A stretch of DNA of 64,000 nucleotides from Candidatus Woesearchaeota archaeon (lineage in GTDB: Archaea; Nanobdellota; Nanobdellia; Woesearchaeales; WAPY01), in the NCBI GenBank assembly GCA_049700835.1, contig JBNAUL010000001.1:182043-246042 (forward strand), written 5' to 3'. Below are positions 57,052-64,000 of the stretch, piece after piece (position 1 is the first letter of the stretch; each line of letters begins with the position of its first letter). The notes beneath the pieces were generated by a model. The model saw only the letters and a list, made by a program, of their open reading frames with translations, was not told where the DNA came from and ran no database searches. Both the position numbers and the translations under genes were made by a program.

Positions 57052-58866
57052 ATGGAACAAAAATATTTTGAAAAGGTGATTTTGGACAGTTCTGCGCTTT
57101 CAGAAGGAGTTGTCTCAAAGTTGCTTAGGGAAAATAGCATTGCTTTCGATGAACTGATAATTCCAGAGGCGCTTGTTTCTGTGGTTGAAAATCAGATTGA
57201 GCAGAACAGGGCATTCGGCTTTTTAGGAATAGAAGAACTTGAAAATCTTAAGAAACTGAGTTCAAACAAATTCGGGATAAGATTTTCTGGAAAAAAACTT
57301 TCCCATTTTGAACTTGAAAAGATAAACATGTTTGAAGTAGATTCAATAATCAGGGACATAGCTTATGAAGAAGGAGCATGCTTGATAACAGCAAACAAGT
57401 TTCAGGAAAAACTAGCGCTCTCAAAAGGCATCGATGTTCTTTTTGTCAAACCAGAAGAAAAAGCGCAAGAGCTTGAAATAAGCAAATTCTTTGACGAGCA
57501 CACGATGAGCGTTCATTTGAGAGAAAACAATCCGGCTTTTGCCAAGAAAGGAGTTCCTGGGAATTGGACCTTTGTTAAACTTGGAGAAAAAGTTTTGACA
57601 AGGGAAGATGTTTCTGGTTTTTCAAGAAACATCATTGAAGTTGCGAGTTCTGAGAAGAACGCATTCATAGAGATTGAAAGGCAGGGAAGCACGATTGTTC
57701 AGATAGAAAATTTTCGCATAGTAATAACAAAACCGCCATTGTCAGACGGATGGGAAATAACTGCTGTTAGGCCTGTAAAGAAACTATCATTACAAGATTA
57801 TAATCTTTCAGAGAAACTAATAAAGAGAATCTCTGAACAAGCAGAGGGGATTTTAATAGCAGGAGCCCCTGGGCATGGAAAGAGTACCTTTGCGCAGGCT
57901 CTGGCAGAGTTCTACGCTTCAAAACAAAAGATTGTGAAGACGATAGAAGCCCCAAGGGATTTGGTGCTTCCTGACAGCATAACTCAGTATGCAATATCTT
58001 ACGGAAGCCCTCAAGAGATCCACGATATTCTGCTGCTTTCAAGGCCTGACTACACTATCTTTGACGAGATGAGAAACACTGCTGATTTTCAACTGTTCTC
58101 AGATTTGAGATTAGCAGGCATTGGATTGGCAGGGGTTGTGCATGCAACAAACCCAATAGATGCGATACAGAGGTTTGTTGGAAGAATAGAATTGGGAGTT
58201 ATCCCGCAGGTTATAGACACTGTGATTTTCATAAAAAATGGCTCTGTCCACAAGGTTTTAAGTTTGCAGATGGTTGTGAAGGTTCCTTCAGGAATGACAG
58301 AAGCAGACTTGGCAAGGCCTGTTGTAGTTGTTACTGATTTTGAAACATCAAAATTAGAGTATGAGCTCTATTCTTATGGAGAAGAAACAGTTGTTGTTCC
58401 TGTAAAAACAGAGAAATCTCCTCTAAGAGAGCTCGCCTCAAAAACAGTTGAGGACTATTTTAGAGCCTATTCTGACGAAGTTGAAATTGATTTTATAAGC
58501 GACAGCAAGTGCATTGTAAGGGTTCCTTCAAACAAGATAGCAGCCATAATTGGGAAGCAGGGAAAGAACATTGACTACATAGAAAAGAAACTTGGAATAA
58601 ACATTGACATTCAGGAGTTGGAAAGAAAAGAAGAAGGAAAAGAAGGTCTAAGGTTTGATTTTGAAATAACTAAGAAAGGAATAATCCTTAAGTTCAAGCA
58701 AAAATACGCAGGTAAGAATATTGACATTCTTGTAGATGAAGAATTTCTCATGAATGCAAACATCGGAGCAAACGGGCTTGTAAAGATAGCAAAAAAGAAT
58801 AAGATTGGAAAGATAATAGAAGATGCTTTAAATTCTGGAAAACTGGATGTTGTTCTGAGAAAATGA
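57052..58866 (+). CDS. PilT-family ATPase with N-terminal PIN domain and C-terminal KH domain (COG1855-type)
   Basis: 604 aa. PIN-like N-terminus (VILDSSAL..D). Walker A GAPGHGKST, Walker B IFDEMR. C-terminal KH GXXG (IIGKQGKNI). Confidence 0.7.
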   Translation: MEQKYFEKVILDSSALSEGVVSKLLRENSIAFDELIIPEALVSVVENQIEQNRAFGFLGIEELENLKKLSSNKFGIRFSGKKLSHFELEKINMFEVDSIIRDIAYEEGACLITANKFQEKLALSKGIDVLFVKPEEKAQELEISKFFDEHTMSVHLRENNPAFAKKGVPGNWTFVKLGEKVLTREDVSGFSRNIIEVASSEKNAFIEIERQGSTIVQIENFRIVITKPPLSDGWEITAVRPVKKLSLQDYNLSEKLIKRISEQAEGILIAGAPGHGKSTFAQALAEFYASKQKIVKTIEAPRDLVLPDSITQYAISYGSPQEIHDILLLSRPDYTIFDEMRNTADFQLFSDLRLAGIGLAGVVHATNPIDAIQRFVGRIELGVIPQVIDTVIFIKNGSVHKVLSLQMVVKVPSGMTEADLARPVVVVTDFETSKLEYELYSYGEETVVVPVKTEKSPLRELASKTVEDYFRAYSDEVEIDFISDSKCIVRVPSNKIAAIIGKQGKNIDYIEKKLGINIDIQELERKEEGKEGLRFDFEITKKGIILKFKQKYAGKNIDILVDEEFLMNANIGANGLVKIAKKNKIGKIIEDALNSGKLDVVLRK

Positions 58867-58887
58867 TTTTAAAACATTTTTAATTTT

Positions 58888-59631
58888 TTATTTCATGACT
58901 CCATAGTATTTCAGCATGAACAGGTCAGCGCTTCTCAACAGTTCAAATCCAAGCCCTTGAACAATTGCGCAATTGCCCTCAAATGCAAGCATTGTCGGAG
59001 CTTGGTGGTTTAGGAAGATTATAGGTTCGTTTTTGTGCTCCTCAGAACTGCAATTAATTATCTTGACATTTAAACAGCCCTGATTGTCTTGCTGCGTGCA
59101 AGAAGCAATCGGCATCTTGTTAAGAAATCTTGAGAGCCCTATTGAGAGATCTCCTGCTGCCAGTGCGACATAACTCAATTCCTCATCAAAAGGATTAAAT
59201 GTTATGTAAACATAGTTCTTTGAGTTAAAAACATCACTCATGTTTCCGATGACAGGTATGTCAAGCAATTCCTTAGGAGAATACCTTAAAACCCACTGGT
59301 CCTCAAGATAGCCATTTTTTATTGTCATGTTCCAGAAATTTCCATACCTGACAAATTTGTAACCATTGTAGTAATATTGGTTGGCTGACAATGATTTCTG
59401 TCTTACATAAAAGAAGCCAATTGAAAAAGCACAAAGGATCATTAAAACAATGATTGCAATAACATAGTAATCGTTCCTTTTTTTGCTGCTTTCCATTTTG
59501 CCTTCTTTTAAAATCTTCTTTTCTTCATCATCTGTTTTTTCTTTAATTTCTTTGATTTTTTCTCTTTCTGTTTCTTCTGCTTTAAGAGAAGCATTTGTTC
59601 CTTCCTTTCTTACTTTTATGACTTTTCTCAT
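58888..59631 (-). CDS. Hypothetical membrane-anchored protein (paralog of 59655-60272)
   Basis: 247 aa. Charged N-terminus, a single TM helix (YVIAIIVLMILCAFSIGFFYV), extracytoplasmic domain with Cys residues. The C-terminus ...MLKYYGVMK is shared with the neighbouring paralog (...LYSILGVMK). Confidence 0.45.
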   Translation of the reverse strand: MRKVIKVRKEGTNASLKAEETEREKIKEIKEKTDDEEKKILKEGKMESSKKRNDYYVIAIIVLMILCAFSIGFFYVRQKSLSANQYYYNGYKFVRYGNFWNMTIKNGYLEDQWVLRYSPKELLDIPVIGNMSDVFNSKNYVYITFNPFDEELSYVALAAGDLSIGLSRFLNKMPIASCTQQDNQGCLNVKIINCSSEEHKNEPIIFLNHQAPTMLAFEGNCAIVQGLGFELLRSADLFMLKYYGVMK

Positions 59632-59654
59632 TTTGTTTTAGAAGCTTTTTTTAA

Positions 59655-60272
59655 TTATTTCATAACCCCAAGAATGCTGTAGAGCAGTCTGTCCTTCAAA
59701 GCAAGAATTTCATAATTTTCAGAGCACTCAAGCACAATGCAATCGCTTTCCATTCTTATCTCTGTTTTATTGCCTTTGAACATGTATATTACAGGAGTTT
59801 GCTGAGTTGAATTAGCGCAGGTTATTATTGGAAGATTGTATTCATCTGATGAATTTGCAATTGCTGAAGCAGCGTTTATTCCTTTCTCATACAATGCACT
59901 CCCAAAATCATACCTTGCTCTATCAAAATAATTCATCGTGAACCTGTCAGATGGTTGAAATGTTATTATTACATACTTTGAACTCAATATTCTGTCCCTT
60001 ATTACAGGAGATAAATTTATGTTTTCAAGGACTTTTGGGTTGTAATCAAAAACAAACTGCTTTCCTTCTATCTTTGAATACCATCTTAGATTTCCATAGT
60101 TGTCCTGCTCCTGTCTGAAAACGAAATTGTTGTATCTCAAAACATTCACAGGATTTCTATTGCTCATGTATCCTGCAATGCTCGTTATCATCAAAAATGC
60201 TAGCAGCAAAGCTGAAATAAGATTTGTCTTCTTCCTCTTGGCAACCTCGCTTCTTGTAAGATGCTTTTTCAT
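59655..60272 (-). CDS. Hypothetical membrane-anchored protein (paralog of 58888-59631)
   Basis: 205 aa. N-terminal TM (LISALLLAFLMITSIAGY). Conserved blocks shared with the paralog (Y.N..F.R....W.......Y.; ...ITF.P; ...C...; GVMK end). Confidence 0.45.
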   Translation of the reverse strand: MKKHLTRSEVAKRKKTNLISALLLAFLMITSIAGYMSNRNPVNVLRYNNFVFRQEQDNYGNLRWYSKIEGKQFVFDYNPKVLENINLSPVIRDRILSSKYVIITFQPSDRFTMNYFDRARYDFGSALYEKGINAASAIANSSDEYNLPIITCANSTQQTPVIYMFKGNKTEIRMESDCIVLECSENYEILALKDRLLYSILGVMK

Positions 60273-60496
60273 TTTGTTTTTCTCATTTGCTTAACCTTTT
60301 TCCTTTTCCTGCTTCTAAACAGATACTTTAAGCTTTTGAACAAAAAATAGAGTGCAACAACAAAGAAGAAAACTATCAAAAAAACTATTATTAAAGGTAT
60401 TATCACTATGAAAAGCAGGAGCAAAAGTATTGTAACTATTATTGCAAAAGCGAACAAAACAATGAACGGAATCCTTGCAAACCTCAACCTTATCAT
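60269..60496 (-). CDS. Small hydrophobic two-TM protein with basic C-terminal tail
   Basis: 75 aa. Overlaps the start of the downstream paralog gene by 4 nt. May be low-complexity noise, but it is positioned as an operon leader. Confidence 0.3.
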   Translation of the reverse strand: MIRLRFARIPFIVLFAFAIIVTILLLLLFIVIIPLIIVFLIVFFFVVALYFLFKSLKYLFRSRKRKKVKQMRKTK

Positions 60497-60621
60497 AAAT
60501 AGTGGTTGTTTTTTTATTATTTAAAATATTTTCTAATTTTTAATTTAACTGACAAAAAAATAGTAATCTTTTAATAACAAAAAGCATTACACGCTTAAAT
60601 TAAAGAAAAGGTAAATAGAAG

Positions 60622-61911
60622 GTGGGCTCTATGCTTGATTTAAAGTTTATACTGAACAATCCTGAAATAGTAAAAATGGACTTAAAGAAGAGAAGAATGG
60701 ATGAAAAGATTTTTTGGGTAGACGACATTATAAGAATAAATGAAAAACAGAAAGAGATAAAAAAGAAACTTGAAGAACTTAGGCATTTAAGAAACAAGAC
60801 ATCAGAGGAAATAAACAGGTTGAAAAAACAGGGAAAGAGCACTGAAGAGCTGTTGAAAAAAGCTTCAAAAATCCCTGAAGAAATAAAAGAATTGGAATCG
60901 GAATTCCAAGAAACAGAGGAAAAGATAAAATATTACTTGATGAGGATACCAAACATACTGCACGAAAGCGTTCCTATAGGAAAGGATGACAGCGAGAATG
61001 TGGAGCTATACAAAAAAGGAGTTCCAAAAAAGATTGATTTTGAATTAAAGCCGCACGGGCAATTGGCAGAAGAGTTAGGAATTGCTGATTTCAAGAGAGC
61101 AGCAAAGGTCATAGGAACAGGGTTTGTTTATCTGAAAAAAGAATTAGCATTGTTGGACATAGCAATACAGAGGTTTGCAATAGATTTCTTGATGAAAAAG
61201 GGTTTTGAGCTTATAGAACCGCCTTTCATGCTTGGAAGAAAGGCCTACGAAGGAGTTACAAGCTTAGAGGACTTCCAAAATGTAATGTACAAGATTGAGG
61301 GAGAAGAAGCTTACATGATTGCAACAGCAGAGCATCCCCTAGTTTCAATGTACAAAGACGAAGTAATTGATGAGAGCAATCTACCAATAAAGCTTGTCGG
61401 CTTTAGCCCTTGCTTTAGAAAAGAGATTGGAAGCCATGGAGTTGATACAAGGGGTTTTTTTAGGATGCACCAATTTAACAAGGTTGAACAAGTTGTTTTT
61501 TCAAAACCAGAAGATTCGTGGTATTGGTTTGAAGAGATTTTAAAAAACACAGAAGAAATGCTGCAAAAACTTGAACTTCCATACAGGGTTGTTAACATCT
61601 GTACAGGAGACATTGGAATTGTTGCTTCAAAGAAGTATGACATCGAAGTATGGTTTCCAAGAGAAAATGCGTACAGAGAAGTAGCGTCATGTTCAAACTG
61701 CACATCCTACCAGGCAGTAAGGCTGAACATAAAGCTTAAGAGAAAGAATGGAGAAAAGGAGTATTTGCATACTTTAAACAACACAGGGCTTGCAACCTCA
61801 AGAATCATGAGAGCAATACTAGAAAACTATCAGAACAAAGATGGAAGCGTTGATGTCCCGAAAGTGCTGCAGCAATACATGAATGGAATAAAGAAAATAG
61901 AGAAAGCATAG
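60622..61911 (+). CDS. serS: Seryl-tRNA synthetase
   Basis: 429 aa. N-terminal coiled-coil arm. Class II motif 2 (FRKEIGSHGVDTRGFFRMHQFNKVEQ) and motif 3 (GLATSRIMRAILEN). Confidence 0.85.
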   Translation: MGSMLDLKFILNNPEIVKMDLKKRRMDEKIFWVDDIIRINEKQKEIKKKLEELRHLRNKTSEEINRLKKQGKSTEELLKKASKIPEEIKELESEFQETEEKIKYYLMRIPNILHESVPIGKDDSENVELYKKGVPKKIDFELKPHGQLAEELGIADFKRAAKVIGTGFVYLKKELALLDIAIQRFAIDFLMKKGFELIEPPFMLGRKAYEGVTSLEDFQNVMYKIEGEEAYMIATAEHPLVSMYKDEVIDESNLPIKLVGFSPCFRKEIGSHGVDTRGFFRMHQFNKVEQVVFSKPEDSWYWFEEILKNTEEMLQKLELPYRVVNICTGDIGIVASKKYDIEVWFPRENAYREVASCSNCTSYQAVRLNIKLKRKNGEKEYLHTLNNTGLATSRIMRAILENYQNKDGSVDVPKVLQQYMNGIKKIEKA

Positions 61912-62177
61912 AGAAAAATTTTGTTTTTTCTTTATTAATTATTTATTAGTTTATTAGAAATGTTTATAAATCAATCAGCAAACCCTATGCTTATGGATTA
62001 TGATGACTTCATGAAGGTATTTGAACTTGAGTTTGAGGATTATTCAGAACTTCCTGAAGAGTTGTTGAACCTTGACAAAGAACTTATGCTCAAAACCAAA
62101 AAATTAGGTTTTCTCCACCCTGCTTCTTAATTTGAGAAGTCCAAGCAAAAAATATTTAATCTTAAAACAAATTTCTT

Positions 62178-63248
62178 TTGAATATGGATTATAAGGACTT
62201 TTTATCAGGAGATGAAACCCTGTTCAAAGAGCCAATAGTTCTTGATTATGATTACATGCCAAAACTTATACCTTACAGAGAGAACGAGCAAAGAGAGATT
62301 GCGCTGGTGATAAAACCTTTGCTTGCAATGAGGAATGGAAAGAACATCTTTATTTATGGAAATCCAGGCATAGGAAAGACACTTGCCTGCAAGCATGTGC
62401 TCAACGAACTTGAGGAGCAATATGACATATTTTGCTTGTACATAAACTGTTGGAAGAGAAATACATCATATAAAATAGCGTTGCAACTCTGCGAGGAATT
62501 AGAGTATCCTTTTGTACAGAACAAGAAAACAGACGAACTCTTTGACGTGATTAAAAAAGAGATAAACAAGAAATCAGCGGTTTTTGTTTTGGATGAGGTT
62601 GACAAGCTTGAAGATGTGTCCTTCCTCTATTTTCTATTAGAGGAGATTTACAGGAAGAGCATAATACTTATAACCAATAACAAGGAATGGCTTGTAACTC
62701 TTGACTCAAGAATAAAATCAAGATTGACTCCACAAATATTGGAATTCAGGAATTACAACAGAGAAGAAACAGAGGGAATATTGAGGCATAGATTGAAGTA
62801 TGCTTTCAAAGAAGGGGTTTTCCAAGAGGAAGCTTTTGAACTTGTTGTTGAAAAGACATTTGAGAAGAAAGATATAAGAATAGGGCTTTACCTTATGAGG
62901 GAAGCAGGTAATAATGCAGAATCAAGGTCATCTAAAAAAATAACAATTGAGGATGTTGAGCAGGCAATAAGAAAATTAGGAGATTTCTCAATAAAAGACA
63001 AGAACGAACTTGATAATGATTCAAACATGATACTGCAGATAATTAAAAACAATTCTGGAAAGAAGATAGGAGAACTTTTCAAAATATACCAAGAACAAAA
63101 TGGGAATTCTGTTTACAAGACATTCCAGAGAAAGGTATTAAAGCTTGAAAAGGCAGGTTTTGTGAAATTAAAAAAGATAGTTGGAGGGGCTGAGGGAACA
63201 ACAACAATCGTTAATTATGCTTACAAAAACCTAATCGATTTTCAATAA
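62178..63248 (+). CDS. cdc6: Orc1/Cdc6 replication initiator
   Basis: 356 aa. LIPYRENEQREIA, Walker A GNPGIGKT, Walker B VLDEVD, C-terminal winged helix. Confidence 0.85.
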   Translation: MNMDYKDFLSGDETLFKEPIVLDYDYMPKLIPYRENEQREIALVIKPLLAMRNGKNIFIYGNPGIGKTLACKHVLNELEEQYDIFCLYINCWKRNTSYKIALQLCEELEYPFVQNKKTDELFDVIKKEINKKSAVFVLDEVDKLEDVSFLYFLLEEIYRKSIILITNNKEWLVTLDSRIKSRLTPQILEFRNYNREETEGILRHRLKYAFKEGVFQEEAFELVVEKTFEKKDIRIGLYLMREAGNNAESRSSKKITIEDVEQAIRKLGDFSIKDKNELDNDSNMILQIIKNNSGKKIGELFKIYQEQNGNSVYKTFQRKVLKLEKAGFVKLKKIVGGAEGTTTIVNYAYKNLIDFQ

Positions 63249-63250
63249 AA

Positions 63251-63874
63251 ATGGCTCACTACTACTCTGAAAAGCAGGATTCTGATTTCAGGCAAAAAAT
63301 CATAAGCGAGCGCATCAGAGGCGTTGATTTTAGTTTCTGCACAGCAAGCGGGGTTTTTTCAAAAAACAGGATTGACAGGGGAACAAAGGCGCTTGCAGAA
63401 AACTGCTTAGTCAATGACGGATGGAAGGTTTTGGATTTGGGCTGTGGTTATGGGGTTATAGGTATAGTTATTAAAAAATTGTTTCCAAAATGCGAAGTTG
63501 TGTTAAGTGATGTAAACGAGAGAGCGCTGAAACTATCAGAAATAAACGCAAGATTAAACAATGTTGAGGTTAAAATAATAAAGAGTTTTTTATTTGACAA
63601 CATACAGGAATTGTTTGACACTGTAATCGTAAATCCTCCTCAAGCAGCAGGTTTAGATATTTGTTATAAAATGATAGAGCAGAGCTATCAGCATCTTAAA
63701 ACAAACGGCCTATTTCAGTTGGTTGCAAGGCACAACAAGGGCGGCTCAAGATTAGAAAAGAGAATGTTAGAAGTATTTGAAAACATCAGTTCAAAGAGAA
63801 TTTCTACTTACAGGATTTACACGAGCAAAAAAGAAAACAACATCAAAAATCTTACAAGAAAATTAGGGCTTTAA
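63251..63874 (+). CDS. Class I SAM-dependent methyltransferase (RsmC/RlmG-like small-domain rRNA guanine-N2 methyltransferase family)
   Basis: 207 aa. SAM motif I VLDLGCGYGVIG and motif IV VNPPQ. Confidence 0.65.
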   Translation: MAHYYSEKQDSDFRQKIISERIRGVDFSFCTASGVFSKNRIDRGTKALAENCLVNDGWKVLDLGCGYGVIGIVIKKLFPKCEVVLSDVNERALKLSEINARLNNVEVKIIKSFLFDNIQELFDTVIVNPPQAAGLDICYKMIEQSYQHLKTNGLFQLVARHNKGGSRLEKRMLEVFENISSKRISTYRIYTSKKENNIKNLTRKLGL

Positions 63875-64000
63875 CTCTGCCTTTTTCTTAAGCCACTTTA
63901 TCCTGTTGCTTATTATTTTTACAAACTCCGCTTTGTTTTGGCTCTTTTTTAAGTCGTTGGCCAGCTTCTCGTCCTTTATTATGTCATAAACCCACTTTGC
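63863..64000 (-). CDS. 3' end of a minus-strand gene continuing beyond the window (product unknown)
   Basis: Open frame on the minus strand from the window end to stop TAA (plus strand 63863-63865). The encoded tail is ...AKWVYDIIKDEKLANDLKKSQNKAEFVKIISNRIKWLKKKAELKP. It overlaps the convergent methyltransferase gene by 12 nt. Confidence 0.25.
   Translation of the reverse strand, partial: AKWVYDIIKDEKLANDLKKSQNKAEFVKIISNRIKWLKKKAELKP

Noticed and set aside
56904-57140. 78-aa minus-strand ORF
   Set aside because: It runs antisense across the tRNA-Leu(CAA) gene and into the start of the PIN-PilT-KH ATPase gene. There is no supporting start context.

Overview
The window is a low-GC (about 30% by eye), AT-rich chromosomal segment that reads as archaeal, probably from a small-genome DPANN-like organism. 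No transposase, integrase or CRISPR array is visible.

The archaeal assignment rests on: an rpoD-tRNA-rpl18e-rpl13-rps9-rpoN cluster, aIF5B, aEF-1beta, Trm1, Orc1/Cdc6, a presenilin homolog, intron-containing tRNAs, and a 7S/SRP RNA on the minus strand.

The conserved informational core includes:
- LeuRS, TrpRS, a TyrRS-like enzyme with unusual extensions, and SerRS.
- Three tRNAs: Leu(GAG) with two introns, Trp(CCA) with one intron, and Leu(CAA).
- SRP RNA, NadK, and RtcA.

Metabolic genes are few:
- GMP synthase split into two subunit genes, with the glutaminase subunit frameshifted at a T7/A7 run, next to a purine phosphoribosyltransferase.
- A lipA-lplA-lplA(C-terminal domain) lipoate cluster.
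- A SemiSWEET-type transporter and an amino acid permease.

The accessory part is a 17-kb block (19.8-36.9 kb) of large secreted or membrane-anchored surface proteins: 522, 1512, 416, 538 and 1487 aa. These carry perfect or near-perfect intragenic DNA repeats, shared promoter-like motifs and strong SD sites. Nearby are a divergently encoded wHTH regulator with paired palindromic sites and a membrane-anchored wHTH protein.

Other noteworthy modules:
- A HerA/FtsK-type (DUF87) ATPase translationally coupled to a small two-TM protein.
- A DUF460 (RNase H-fold) - ChlI/MoxR-like AAA+ - vWA - RtcA cassette with overlapping reading frames.
- Three translationally coupled small coiled-coil proteins.
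- A paralogous membrane protein pair plus a micro-TM protein.

All calls are from reading the sequence and ORF translations by eye; no searches were run.
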